Source: a virus | Length of the DNA stretch: 64,000 bases | Virus record (IMG/VR): IMGVR_UViG_3300034374_005666 | Coordinates: 39,256-103,255 of that record | Direction: 5' to 3' (one strand) | Shown: one piece after another, positions 1 through 10,192 of the stretch | Layout of the letters: every line of letters starts with the position of its first letter | Position numbering within the stretch: the stretch's first letter is position 1 | The notes under the pieces: model-generated | Seen by the model: the letters and a program-made list of their open reading frames with translations, nothing else | The model's database searches: none | What the model was told of the DNA's origin: nothing | Program-made: the position numbers and the translations under genes

Positions 1-336
1 GTTTAATTGTCCCATAGGAATCATTTGTTGGTCTGATAGGACGCTCTTGACGCTGTCCTTGAATGTGTTTAATACAATAGACTTTATCAGGTAAAGCTAC
101 TTTAGTGCAGTTTTTAACCCTGCAGATTTCTTTCATAGTAAATTTTGAAATGTTATTGTGGATTTTTTTACCCCATGATAAAGTAAAATGATAGCTACAA
201 AATAAGCAAATAATTCTCTACATTCATCTAAAATACAGATGACAGCTAGTAAAAAATATACTAGCATAGACATAAATTCCCACCAATCTATCTTTTTCAT
301 ATTCCTAATTGTTTAATAATTAATTAAAAAAGCTGT

Positions 337-513
337 TCATTGTAGTTTTGAAATATATAGTTTTTTCTTATACCATATTTTACTTGATGCTGCTAATAAG
401 GTTCTTAATGTTAAGTAGCTTATATCCTCTCCTTCAGCAGCCTCTCTAATACTTTCATATATAGTAAAGCTGCCATCAGGATATTGTACTTTAATCTTAA
501 TCTTAGCTGGCAT
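337..513 (-). CDS. small NUMOD1-like DNA-binding protein (58 aa, not in ORF track)
   Basis: Manual translation MPAKIKIKVQYPDGSFTIYESIREAAEGEDISY...; YESIREAA resembles NUMOD1. Confidence 0.4.
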   Translation of the reverse strand: MPAKIKIKVQYPDGSFTIYESIREAAEGEDISYLTLRTLLAASSKIWYKKKLYISKLQ

Positions 514-1279
514 ATAAGATTGTTTTTACTTCTTCAACTAAATCTTCCATGCTCCCATTATTATCAATAACTATATCTATATATTCATCTGATATACCTT
601 TCTCTGAAGCATGAGTATCTGTAATACCTACATCTCTTTCCACTTTGATAATTATTCCACCTCTGTCTTTAATAGCTTTAGCCTCGTTATTATACCTAAC
701 ATCTGGTATAATCCAGCGTTGTTTCTTAAAGTCAAAATCTTTTATTTCGACACACCTTTCACAACCACCGTAAGGACCATGTTTACAATTCTTATAATGA
801 CTCTCATCTTCAATTACTTTCTCATTATAATTAGCAAACAAAGCATTAACCCAGATATTTTTATGTATTTGTCTACCTACCTCTGTACCTATTAATTGCA
901 TAAGTAAACGCGGTGTTATAGATTCCTTTTCTACATGAAAATCTCTCTCATCAGTACGACCCATAAAAGGCAGCTTATTAATAATAAAGTCATTAGCTTC
1001 CTTTTTAGAAGTAAATACTTTAGCAGTACCAGCAAGAACGAAGTATCTTTGTCCTTTTTTAATAAACCACCTATCCCACTCTTTACTTAAAACAGTCTCT
1101 TTATAAGCTCTATCTTCTAGTAGTTCTACAGGTACACCTAGTATATCTGCTACAAATCTTTTAAGTGGATTAGCAAATCTTTTAGTCTTATACTGTTTTT
1201 GATGAAGAGTATTTATAATCTTAGCTACTGTATCTTTGCCCGAACCTTTAAGACCTGTGACACCAATTAAGTTATTCAT
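503..1279 (-). CDS. deoxynucleoside monophosphate kinase
   Basis: P-loop GLKGSGKDT, FANPLK, TPRLLMQLIGTEVGR, IPDVRY, HASE motifs of phage dNMP kinases. Confidence 0.9.
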   Translation of the reverse strand: MNNLIGVTGLKGSGKDTVAKIINTLHQKQYKTKRFANPLKRFVADILGVPVELLEDRAYKETVLSKEWDRWFIKKGQRYFVLAGTAKVFTSKKEANDFIINKLPFMGRTDERDFHVEKESITPRLLMQLIGTEVGRQIHKNIWVNALFANYNEKVIEDESHYKNCKHGPYGGCERCVEIKDFDFKKQRWIIPDVRYNNEAKAIKDRGGIIIKVERDVGITDTHASEKGISDEYIDIVIDNNGSMEDLVEEVKTILYAS

Positions 1280-1280
1280 A

Positions 1281-1559
1281 TTAAAACCTTTTACTTTTCA
1301 TAGATAAGTAACTACCTATTAATCCACCAGATAGTGAACATAAAACAATAGGTATGTATTGCAATTCAAAATTAGATATAATCTCATGCATACTTACTGC
1401 TCCAATAGAAATTGATACAAGCCATGACAAGTGCACAAATGTACCTGAAATAAGAACTTGTGGAATATCTTGTTTTGCTATAGCTTTAACATTCCATGTC
1501 CTACAACCTATAAATACAAGCTGTGTAATAAAAATAATAATTGAATACTGTAGTATCAT
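1281..1559 (-). CDS. small membrane protein
   Basis: Three hydrophobic segments; in operon. Confidence 0.6.
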   Translation of the reverse strand: MILQYSIIIFITQLVFIGCRTWNVKAIAKQDIPQVLISGTFVHLSWLVSISIGAVSMHEIISNFELQYIPIVLCSLSGGLIGSYLSMKSKRF

Positions 1560-1562
1560 AGT

Positions 1563-2414
1563 TTAGAATATGTATCTAATGTTTACTTCAGGTATATACT
1601 CATTATACATTTGAGTAAACTGATTAATTAATTGAGCTTTCATACGATGCTCATACCTTAGTGTGCATTGTCTATGCTGACTGTTCTTAATCTCTTGTAT
1701 ATCTGGTTGCCACAGTAGTTCTTCAGCTTCAGGGTAGTTTACTAGATTGTATTCGTGTAGACCTTTGTCATGTGTTAAGAAAATAACTTCTGACTGTATT
1801 CTATCTAAGTACTTAGACTTAGCTATTTGTTCAAACAAATCTCTGTATAAATGTGACTCACTGGCTCTATATATAACAGGGCTTAGATTAATATTTACGT
1901 CCCAACCATGCTCAATAAATCTATCTATAGCTTTTATTCTAATATGTATGGGAGTAGTCCCAGGCTCTAATATAGAACTATACTCTTGTGGCATTAAACT
2001 AAATCTAATCCTACCTGTATGCTTGAGTAGTTTGTTATTGACAAACTTTGTTGCAAAAGTAGGAAATATCTTAGGTCTATCCTTGAACCAATCAAATACA
2101 TAAGACCAATTGTAGTCAGCATAGTGTCTACTAATATCTGTAGCATTAGCTATATCTACACCATACATAGTCTCATGTACTTGATTGGGTATTTTAGGAT
2201 ATGGTTGCTCATTAGCCCACTTGTCTATTACAGCCAGAATATCCAGCATGTTTTCATTAATGTAACCATGTGTCCTAAATCTTGGATTACGCTTACAATA
2301 ACAATATCTGCACGATGCACCACAAAAATACAGAAAGTTAGGACTAGTAATATCTGCACTACGTTTATTAGCCTTCATAGCTAATGTTTTAGTCCTCTGT
2401 TTCTTGATTATCAT
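1563..2414 (-). CDS. radical SAM protein, spore photoproduct lyase-like
   Basis: CxxxCxxC (CGASCRYC), TFATK, RIRFSLMP, NLSPVI segments resemble SplB family. Confidence 0.8.
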   Translation of the reverse strand: MIIKKQRTKTLAMKANKRSADITSPNFLYFCGASCRYCYCKRNPRFRTHGYINENMLDILAVIDKWANEQPYPKIPNQVHETMYGVDIANATDISRHYADYNWSYVFDWFKDRPKIFPTFATKFVNNKLLKHTGRIRFSLMPQEYSSILEPGTTPIHIRIKAIDRFIEHGWDVNINLSPVIYRASESHLYRDLFEQIAKSKYLDRIQSEVIFLTHDKGLHEYNLVNYPEAEELLWQPDIQEIKNSQHRQCTLRYEHRMKAQLINQFTQMYNEYIPEVNIRYIF

Positions 2415-2901
2415 TGATGCTCTTTAAGATAGAAGTATATGTATCAAACTTCTCTTTGTGGTAAGAGTATTCTTCAACTGTTTCTTTGTACTTTGTATAC
2501 TGTCTTTCGTGGTACTCAGTTTGACCTTTAATATAATCTCTATATTGATCTTTAACTATGTCAAAGTTCATAGGAACTTTCTTAGTATCTTCAAGTTCTT
2601 TCTGTAATCTTTCTATTTGACGTTCAATTCTTTCAATCTTTTTAGTCTGAAGAGTTTCAGATATTCTATTTCTATTCTTGATAAAATACTGTGCAAACTC
2701 TGCACTCATACTGCTTACATGGTCATATAGAATATCATCTAAGCTTTCTTCAATATCATCGTAATTGACTATTTCAGGATCAACATACACTCTAAAAGTA
2801 TACAAGTCCTCTCCATCTTCTATACGTACATAGAGTTGACGTTGCAAGTCACTATTAAATAGATTATATCTACCTATAAGATCTGTTGTTTTAATTTTCA
2901 T
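2389..2901 (-). CDS. hypothetical protein, coiled-coil
   Basis: ORF overlapping neighbours in operon. Confidence 0.55.
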   Translation of the reverse strand: MKIKTTDLIGRYNLFNSDLQRQLYVRIEDGEDLYTFRVYVDPEIVNYDDIEESLDDILYDHVSSMSAEFAQYFIKNRNRISETLQTKKIERIERQIERLQKELEDTKKVPMNFDIVKDQYRDYIKGQTEYHERQYTKYKETVEEYSYHKEKFDTYTSILKSINDNQETED

Positions 2902-3325
2902 CTTTGATTAATTTTAAAGCTCTGTAAAGACCTTTCTCAAGTGCTTCCTCATAAGTACTAAAGACTTCTACAGAAGCTATTGTAGAGCCTGTATATGTAG
3001 CTTGTGGATGTAATGATTGAATGGTGTAAACCCAACTAAGTGTAATATCTGTACTAATATGTACTGCTATACCATGCTTATCTCTGAGCCATTTTTGTAA
3101 CATAGACTGAGTAGGTACAGAACAATAGTTTCCTATTAAGTTTTTGTCATTGTAGTCTTCTAACAAATCTTCTACATCAGCTTCAAATTCTACATCAGTA
3201 CTACTACCATTTTCTGTCCAATTTGGATATAGTTTTTCTTTATGATAGTGATAAAGACATAGCCAATTAAACCCTATCTTTTTAGCTAACTTAGCTACAT
3301 CAAAAGATATCAATTGTTCATTCAT
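2891..3325 (-). CDS. conserved Bacteroidota-phage hypothetical protein
   Basis: ISFDVAKLAKKIGF, PTQSMLQKWLRDKHGI, TYEEALEKGL pattern. Confidence 0.65.
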   Translation of the reverse strand: MNEQLISFDVAKLAKKIGFNWLCLYHYHKEKLYPNWTENGSSTDVEFEADVEDLLEDYNDKNLIGNYCSVPTQSMLQKWLRDKHGIAVHISTDITLSWVYTIQSLHPQATYTGSTIASVEVFSTYEEALEKGLYRALKLIKDEN

Positions 3326-3336
3326 TATATTACATT

Positions 3337-3609
3337 TTAAAGTCCAATGTTTCTAAATACTTTATAACCTGGAGTCTTTTTTAACTTATTAAACAAAAAG
3401 TCTATAGCATCTTTTATCATATCAGTGTGAGTCCAATCTTCTCCATAAAAAAACCCTTTAACTTCTATACGACCTTTTATTTTATACCATAATTGTCTAT
3501 CTGCATCTATTCTCCAACTTACAAAATGACTGACTACATCCATTTTATCACCTACTGCAAAGTCATTGTCTTTAACTACACAGTAGCTATGAGTTGTTAT
3601 TGTTGGCAT
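3337..3609 (-). CDS. hypothetical protein
   Basis: ORF in packed operon. Confidence 0.5.
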   Translation of the reverse strand: MPTITTHSYCVVKDNDFAVGDKMDVVSHFVSWRIDADRQLWYKIKGRIEVKGFFYGEDWTHTDMIKDAIDFLFNKLKKTPGYKVFRNIGL

Positions 3610-3812
3610 TGTGTTTTTTTAATAGGATTACCCCAATCATCTTCTGTTTTATCTCCTGTATAAGGAGTAACTTTAAGCGTAAGAACAGGTTTGACTATAA
3701 AAGCTGTACCACAACAATTAGAAACAGCTAAGTTTGTATTGTGATATCTTTCTGCATTCCTGTACACTACAAAGTCTATATCTATTTCTTTATTACAATT
3801 AGGACATTTCAT
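3597..3812 (-). CDS. small Zn-ribbon protein
   Basis: CPNC...NCCG. Confidence 0.5.
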   Translation of the reverse strand: MKCPNCNKEIDIDFVVYRNAERYHNTNLAVSNCCGTAFIVKPVLTLKVTPYTGDKTEDDWGNPIKKTQCQQ

Positions 3813-4116
3813 CTTCTTTCTTTGTTAATTTAAAATCACCATAGTATAAAGAACCTGATAATACAAATACTTGATTGTTCTTTTTATAAGTATTCCAAAA
3901 GTCTACTTGGAAACCATTAATATCTGATTCTATAAGTTCAAAACCTGCATCTTTAATAATTTCATCTATTAAGCCTACAGGAATAAATGGTAACTTGCCA
4001 GTTTTATCATAAGCCTGGTCTTTCAGAATACTCTCAATCCAACCTATTCTGTTAGAAAGTTCTACGTCATTTAGCTTATAAAACTTTTTGAGTCTATCTC
4101 TCTTTTCTTCATTCAT
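3799..4116 (-). CDS. hypothetical protein
   Basis: ORF in packed operon. Confidence 0.5.
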   Translation of the reverse strand: MNEEKRDRLKKFYKLNDVELSNRIGWIESILKDQAYDKTGKLPFIPVGLIDEIIKDAGFELIESDINGFQVDFWNTYKKNNQVFVLSGSLYYGDFKLTKKEDEMS

Positions 4117-4186
4117 AAGTTTATTAAATTAAAAAACCAGCTTACCCATTACAGATAAACTGGTTCAAATAAGTTTGGAGTTAATT

Positions 4187-4429
4187 TTAACCAAAGACTA
4201 CCTCCAGTGTAATACCATCTGAGTCTACTGATTCAACAGTAAAACCTGCTTCTTTCATAGGAGCAGTGACATCTTCAGTGAAAGACAGATCATCTGTACG
4301 TAGTTCCACTTTAGTGATTTGCTTTTCTGCATACGGAAGATCACTGTCTTCTACTTGAAGACGAATGGTTCCCTCTGCAAATAAACCAAGCAGTGCGGGG
4401 TCTTGAGCCAAAAATTCTGTAACAGTCAT
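4187..4429 (-). CDS. acidic hypothetical protein
   Basis: ORF followed by hairpin near 4133-4165. Confidence 0.5.
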   Translation of the reverse strand: MTVTEFLAQDPALLGLFAEGTIRLQVEDSDLPYAEKQITKVELRTDDLSFTEDVTAPMKEAGFTVESVDSDGITLEVVFG

Positions 4430-4681
4430 AATATTTTTATTTGATGAGTTGCCAATATAGGTATAATAAAGCTATTATGCTATACCTTTTATATTAAGCA
4501 ATCATTAAAAAAGGCTGATCCAGATTGTAATCCAGACCAGCCACTAAACCAATCAATTATGAAAAACATCAGTTAAGACCTTTCTCCCATTCATCTTGCT
4601 TCTTCTTACGAATGAGCTTACGTTTTTCTTTTGCTTGTTTACGATTATCTCTATTAGTCTTTCTCTTAGAACTGCCTGGTT

Positions 4682-5164
4682 TTAGTAGTTCTTTGATTTC
4701 GTTCTTTTTTCCATTTGCCATTTGAATCCAATATTAAAGTTAAAAAATCCAGTGTTATCAATCATACCTAGTTTCCAACCCATGTTGAAATCCAGCTTCT
4801 TTACAATAGTAATTAAATCTGCCTGAAGCTCAAGACCGTACATCAAATGCTTTCTTTGCCATGCATAATCCATAAAGAATCCAGCATAGTAATCTACCTC
4901 ATCTGATACACCTGCCTTTACACCTATAGTATTAGCTCTGTTGAGAACCTGTTCATTATACTCTTCCAGGTAGCCTATTCTTGCACCTACGTATGTAGCT
5001 ATTTCATTAGGTATTTTATTAAATTGATAAACAACTTCTTTGTTAGACCATGATCCAACATTAACAGTATTGTCTCCATTATTGTAGATCATCACGCCAC
5101 CATTAATACTACTACTCAATTGTCCAAACAGGCTAAATGGTAAAAATAATAGTATATATTTCAT
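4682..5164 (-). CDS. signal-peptide protein, outer-membrane beta-barrel-like
   Basis: MKYILLFLPFSLFG-Q signal; alternating aromatic/Gly strands; FNFNIGFKW near C-terminus. Confidence 0.5.
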   Translation of the reverse strand: MKYILLFLPFSLFGQLSSSINGGVMIYNNGDNTVNVGSWSNKEVVYQFNKIPNEIATYVGARIGYLEEYNEQVLNRANTIGVKAGVSDEVDYYAGFFMDYAWQRKHLMYGLELQADLITIVKKLDFNMGWKLGMIDNTGFFNFNIGFKWQMEKRTKSKNY

Positions 5165-5904
5165 AGTTCATTAATTTGTCTCAAGCTATCAATAACTGCT
5201 CCAGCCTGCATTTCATCACCAGAATTAGCTAAGTACTTAGCTTTCTCTATGTTTGTATAGAACTCAGGCTCAAGTATAAAACTCAGATAAGGTGTATCAT
5301 AGAGCATAGGAAAACGTCTGTTGTTATTCATCTTAATACCTCTGTCTCTGGATTGATGACGTTTGACCATGTTATCCTGAAATATCTGAGCATACAGCAA
5401 TCTTTTTGCTCTATTGGCTAGTACATCAGCAATCCATGTTTCAGAGCCTGTGACGTTGTTCCAAGAGTCTGTATGAGCATTTGCGTGTTGATCTATAATA
5501 ATAGGTTCAAGACCTGCTGGTACAGAAATTAAGTACTTAATAATTTGCACCCTTTCAGGTATGCAGTTACCATAGCATTCCACTAAGTAATCATTACCAA
5601 TAGCATATTTCCATCCAAGATTATCAAGTTTATTTTTAATAATTTCTACAGTACGTTTGTTGTACTCATACTCTATAAACTGAAACCCATTATACTTAGG
5701 TGATCTTTTACCCTTAGTCATTGGCCCATGCCCATAGAATAGAATAGGAAATATCTTTTGTACAGTTTTCGGCTTAACTTCTATAACTGGTTTATTAACT
5801 TTTACTGTAATAGTATCAGTTGCAAGTATTATCTCTGACGCATCTACTATATCTCTGGTAGGAGTAAACAGATTTATCAACCACCTAAGTATACGAGTTA
5901 TCAT
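5161..5904 (-). CDS. N-acetylmuramoyl-L-alanine amidase (Amidase_3), putative endolysin
   Basis: GHG, EYEYN, HANA, GSETW, ILEPEFYTN. Confidence 0.85.
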   Translation of the reverse strand: MITRILRWLINLFTPTRDIVDASEIILATDTITVKVNKPVIEVKPKTVQKIFPILFYGHGPMTKGKRSPKYNGFQFIEYEYNKRTVEIIKNKLDNLGWKYAIGNDYLVECYGNCIPERVQIIKYLISVPAGLEPIIIDQHANAHTDSWNNVTGSETWIADVLANRAKRLLYAQIFQDNMVKRHQSRDRGIKMNNNRRFPMLYDTPYLSFILEPEFYTNIEKAKYLANSGDEMQAGAVIDSLRQINEL

Positions 5905-6116
5905 GTCTGGTCTATTTCATCGTCTAAAGGAAGTATTCTCTCAATAAGCTCTTGGCTCCAACTGGCACTTAATAACAGAGACTTAAATATTTCAGCCATT
6001 TCCCAGATAGTTAAATCATCATGGTCTTTTTCTATTGTTATCTTTTTGCCGTGTACTTCCAGGCTTATTTTGAATTTGCTTTTTGATTCTGTCATTTTCT
6101 GCATTGATTTTGTCAA
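5901..6116 (-). CDS. hypothetical protein
   Basis: ORF overlapping neighbours. Confidence 0.45.
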   Translation of the reverse strand: MTKSMQKMTESKSKFKISLEVHGKKITIEKDHDDLTIWEMAEIFKSLLLSASWSQELIERILPLDDEIDQT

Positions 6117-6361
6117 TTACTTTCTTGAGCTTTTCTTTTATAGGAGTCGTATCCATGCTGCTTTATAATTTGTTCTACATCACCAATAATTTTATCAGCT
6201 ACTTCATCGTCAGGAAAAGACAAATATAATTCTCTACTTGCTCTATCGTGCCCTTCGTAAGTAACAGTTTTGCTAGTCTTGAGTTTCTTAGCTATATTTT
6301 TTACAAATCTTCTAAACTGTTGTCTGTTAACAGATATGAGCTTTAAAGTTCTATAAACCAT
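6113..6361 (-). CDS. hypothetical protein
   Basis: ORF overlapping neighbour. Confidence 0.45.
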   Translation of the reverse strand: MVYRTLKLISVNRQQFRRFVKNIAKKLKTSKTVTYEGHDRASRELYLSFPDDEVADKIIGDVEQIIKQHGYDSYKRKAQESN

Positions 6362-6400
6362 AATCTTTTCTTTTACTTACTGCAAGTATAAAAAGTACCA

Positions 6401-6826
6401 TTAATCCAATAACCATGACATATCTGCTTTAGTATAGTTAATGCCTTTCTTGTACTTACCAGATTTAGAGTCATAGATAACATAGTACTCTCCATCTTCA
6501 TCAGTATGTTTTTCGTACATACAGTCTACATTCTTTTCTTTATACTTCTCAATAGAGTCTTCAGCTTGTTTCTGAGTCAGACAAACTTTAGACATATTGG
6601 ATAGATATACTTCTCTGTAAGCTTTTAGAGTATTGTTATATCCTATACTGGCTATCAACCATCCAATAACTACCCACAATATATCTACTGCTTCTTTAAC
6701 TTGTTCAGGTAAAGTTTTAGCTTCAAAGAACTCATCTACTTCTTCTTGTATCAAGTTTCTGTATAGCTCAGCATCTGGTTCTTGCTTAAACTTCTTGAAT
6801 GTAAGTTTAACAAATTCGTGTATCAT
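6401..6826 (-). CDS. MazG-like nucleotide pyrophosphohydrolase
   Basis: EEVDEFFEA...KEAVDILWV...EVYLSNMSK. Confidence 0.8.
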   Translation of the reverse strand: MIHEFVKLTFKKFKQEPDAELYRNLIQEEVDEFFEAKTLPEQVKEAVDILWVVIGWLIASIGYNNTLKAYREVYLSNMSKVCLTQKQAEDSIEKYKEKNVDCMYEKHTDEDGEYYVIYDSKSGKYKKGINYTKADMSWLLD

Positions 6827-6893
6827 TTAGTATTAGTTTTTCAAAATCTTTTTAAAAATGTAGAGGAGATCAATGTCTCCCCTACAAATATAG

Positions 6894-7529
6894 TTATTTA
6901 TAATTAAATATTTCTTCTACCTCTCTAATCATGTAGTCTAATTCACTGTCTTCAAACAGTGTAATCCATGTAGTGTCATTGACCTTTCTCTCTATAGCAT
7001 CTTCTGTATTATAATACTTTCTATAGTGATTTAGCTCTTCCTCAAATGCAATACGTCTTTCTTCAGTTTGCAGCATAGTTGCAGTAGCTTGTGTATTACC
7101 TATATGCTTAATAATATATTCATACACTTGCTCTTTACTGAACATCTTACTATACTTAGACTGCATGAACATATCATAGGCTTGTCTAAATTCAGATGGC
7201 ACATTGATAACAATCATGTGCAGTCTTCCACCTAAAAGTTCTCCAAATGGATAGTCTGATACATAACTGTTGCTCTGTAATAGCGGAAGTACTCTTGCAA
7301 AGTCATTGCTCTTAGCTACATCTACAAGCAAGAATAAACTGTAATCATGTGGATTATCATAGTCATTAATACCTACTGCATATACATACATATGCTTAAG
7401 GCGTTCTACAAACAATTCACCATAGTACAGAATGACAGGAGCTAGAAGATACTTTCTGGTCTTATTATTGTACTCACGTACACCAAGTTCTATATCTTTA
7501 CTGATACTCTCTAATGTCATAATGCCCAT
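6894..7529 (-). CDS. conserved hypothetical protein
   Basis: 211 aa ORF coupled to exonuclease gene. Confidence 0.6.
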   Translation of the reverse strand: MGIMTLESISKDIELGVREYNNKTRKYLLAPVILYYGELFVERLKHMYVYAVGINDYDNPHDYSLFLLVDVAKSNDFARVLPLLQSNSYVSDYPFGELLGGRLHMIVINVPSEFRQAYDMFMQSKYSKMFSKEQVYEYIIKHIGNTQATATMLQTEERRIAFEEELNHYRKYYNTEDAIERKVNDTTWITLFEDSELDYMIREVEEIFNYK

Positions 7530-8608
7530 GCGTTTGTGTGGAATATACCACCATTCTCAATAACCTCTTTATCATATTGCATTTCTGCATGATACTCCTG
7601 ATACCATCTGTACAGATACAAAGCTTGTCTCCAACCAAGTACATCCAAATCAAGCCTGGAAGACAGAGTATTCAAATCTACATTGAATGTAGTTGCAGGC
7701 ATAACTTCATAACCTTTATCAGTAGGAATACGCCTACCTCCCCATTCACCAACTTGTTCGTCGTAGTTACTCAGTACATGTACATATGGAGTTTGTCCTA
7801 TACCTCCTACTATAAAGTGGAAGTTGCATAGTTCATACTCATGTAATGCGTTATTGAGCATCCATTGTTTCAAGCCATATCTGTAAAAGCTTCCCTGAAT
7901 ATCATATCTGAACTTAAGCAAATTAAAATACCTGGTACTTGTAGTAATTACTTTATAGTCAATGGGTACAATAGACTTAGCAGGTATAATATAGCCATCA
8001 TTGACCATTATAGGACTGTCATTATGATTGATAATAACATAGTCCAGCATACCTTTCAAATCAAATCCATCTGCTGTAAAATAAATCTCTAATTGAAATT
8101 TAGTTTCACATCCATCTGGTAGATCATGGAATGCAGATGTAAATGTACCATGCAGTATACTATCTCTGACTTTGATAGCATTATCAAATGTCTCTTGGTC
8201 TATAATAGTCTTGTCAATATGTTCAAGACGATTGTTGTAATAAGTTACACATTCTCTATACAGGTAATCAAAACGTCTGTCATCAGCTGGGTCTTTGTAT
8301 GTAGACCTGTATTCATTTTTATCCATCAAATGCTGTAGATAATCTTTATCCAGTTCTTTAAAACCAACCTTGTCTACTCCTGAGCTATAGTAGTTGTCAA
8401 TAATGTCATCCACAATAGTTCTTGGTTTGTCTCCAATTTTATCATCTATAATAGCATATTGCTCATCTACTAAATCAGGCGTAGTAAGTAAACAATCTAC
8501 CAAGCTTCCAAACTGCATGGCTGAACTTTCCTTTGGCTCAGCAAATCTGCCAGAAATCAATCTTTTCAACTCTGATTGACTAATCTCTGGTCTTTCTCTG
8601 TAATTCAT
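7517..8608 (-). CDS. PD-(D/E)XK exonuclease (RecE/ExoVIII-like)
   Basis: ISQSELK, MQFGSLVD, KGMLD, IDYK, YDIQGSFY. Confidence 0.8.
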   Translation of the reverse strand: MNYRERPEISQSELKRLISGRFAEPKESSAMQFGSLVDCLLTTPDLVDEQYAIIDDKIGDKPRTIVDDIIDNYYSSGVDKVGFKELDKDYLQHLMDKNEYRSTYKDPADDRRFDYLYRECVTYYNNRLEHIDKTIIDQETFDNAIKVRDSILHGTFTSAFHDLPDGCETKFQLEIYFTADGFDLKGMLDYVIINHNDSPIMVNDGYIIPAKSIVPIDYKVITTSTRYFNLLKFRYDIQGSFYRYGLKQWMLNNALHEYELCNFHFIVGGIGQTPYVHVLSNYDEQVGEWGGRRIPTDKGYEVMPATTFNVDLNTLSSRLDLDVLGWRQALYLYRWYQEYHAEMQYDKEVIENGGIFHTNAWAL

Positions 8609-9011
8609 ATTTATGTTTTATCAAGTTCTCAAATGCGTCAAGACGCATAGTCACTACATCTCCATAGTACATCTTATTGCGTTTCTTCTTGACTCTTATC
8701 TCTGTAAGTAGATAGTCTATATCCAGATCAAATAGTGGCTGTACATCTATTGGCTTAGTCTTTGTGCTTGAAGTAGTTGTACCTTTACACTGATACTTAT
8801 CTGTAATACCAGTTCGTGGATTGAAATAAATATCAACACCCAGATTATCCAGGTGTTGATTAATTAATTCTGATCTGGCTATGTCAAAGTCATGTACATT
8901 ACTAGTACCATCACGGTTCTTTCTGTATATTACAAGACCAAATATATCAGCTAACCATTTAATGAATTTAGACTCTACTCTCCTCCCATATGCTTTATTG
9001 CGGCTCGCCAT
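8580..9011 (-). CDS. PD-(D/E)XK nuclease, Holliday junction resolvase-like
   Basis: RNKAYGRRVE, GVDI, QCK. Confidence 0.6.
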   Translation of the reverse strand: MASRNKAYGRRVESKFIKWLADIFGLVIYRKNRDGTSNVHDFDIARSELINQHLDNLGVDIYFNPRTGITDKYQCKGTTTSSTKTKPIDVQPLFDLDIDYLLTEIRVKKKRNKMYYGDVVTMRLDAFENLIKHKYELQRKTRD

Positions 9012-9570
9012 TGTAAATTAATTTACCAAGACTACTATAATAGTTCTGCATCTCTGCAAAGTCTTTAAACTCAGGAGATGGTATTTTGTCTATAAATATA
9101 TCCTCTATACTTTTTACAACAAGAAACTGTGCTCCCTGAGCTACATGTGGCAGGATAAACTCATCATTAACTCTCTTGTATAAGTTCTTATACATTGAGT
9201 CTTTACTAACAAACTCATAACTGACATAGATACGTATAGATTTATTTATAGCATTCCTGCATACAAGCAAACCTGTACCATTGTTATTAGCTATATATCC
9301 ACGACCTATATAAAACCTGTTATCTAATCTGTCTATAGTTCTGTACAACTTATTATATTTACTAATAAAGACTCCTTGAATATTATTATAACTATATCCA
9401 ATTCTGTCTGAAATCATGTCTCTATTAGGAAACTTATAAACACTAGCGTCAGCAAGTGCCTCAAACCATACAGGATGCCATAATCTGGATGTAACATTAC
9501 AATAATCTGCTACTGCTTTTTCGTAATCATAGCTTCTTCTACGATAATATACTTCATTCAAACTCCACAT
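8995..9570 (-). CDS. hypothetical protein downstream of E1-like gene
   Basis: ORF overlapping ThiF gene. Confidence 0.55.
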   Translation of the reverse strand: MWSLNEVYYRRRSYDYEKAVADYCNVTSRLWHPVWFEALADASVYKFPNRDMISDRIGYSYNNIQGVFISKYNKLYRTIDRLDNRFYIGRGYIANNNGTGLLVCRNAINKSIRIYVSYEFVSKDSMYKNLYKRVNDEFILPHVAQGAQFLVVKSIEDIFIDKIPSPEFKDFAEMQNYYSSLGKLIYNGEPQ

Positions 9571-10192
9571 AACTCATCGATGTTACATTAGTAGTTCTAA
9601 ATTTATACGGTCTGCCAGCTACATAGTTAATTAATCCTTCTACAGCATGCGCTACATGGAATGCAATATGAGTAGTCTGCTTCATAGTACAGACTGGATC
9701 AGTTACTTCTGAATCATCAAACAGTGTACTCTCATACTTTTCTATACTCGATTCATCTACAATAAATATATCTGACTGTTCAAAGTCTAGTCTGACATCT
9801 ATAAACAAACTCTTATTCTCATATCTCTTCCATTTATCAAATGCAATCTTTCGTGTAGCCATATTGTCTACCATACTACACATAATAGGTGCTACCATAG
9901 AATTAGCTGTATACTTCTCTTGCAATGTGATTATCTCTACATCTGTAAACTCTTTCACGTTGGTTTTCAAAGCTTCAACTTTGGGTTGTCCAACCTGATT
10001 AAGTTTAAAAAATTGCCCACTATTATTTCTGGACTCTATCAAATCATCGTCATATACAGCCAGGTTTGTAACTCCAGCTCTGGCTAATAATAGAGTTAGC
10101 CATGAGCCTGTTCCACCTGCACCTATTACAAGTACTTGTTGTTTACGAATATCATCGTACCAGCTTGCTCCTTTAAAACTATCGTGGTTCAT
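9554..10192 (-). CDS. ThiF/E1-like adenylyltransferase
   Basis: VIGAGGTGSW, YDDDLIESRN, GQPKVEAL, VDNMATR, candidate catalytic Cys in PVCT. Confidence 0.9.
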   Translation of the reverse strand: MNHDSFKGASWYDDIRKQQVLVIGAGGTGSWLTLLLARAGVTNLAVYDDDLIESRNNSGQFFKLNQVGQPKVEALKTNVKEFTDVEIITLQEKYTANSMVAPIMCSMVDNMATRKIAFDKWKRYENKSLFIDVRLDFEQSDIFIVDESSIEKYESTLFDDSEVTDPVCTMKQTTHIAFHVAHAVEGLINYVAGRPYKFRTTNVTSMSYVEFE

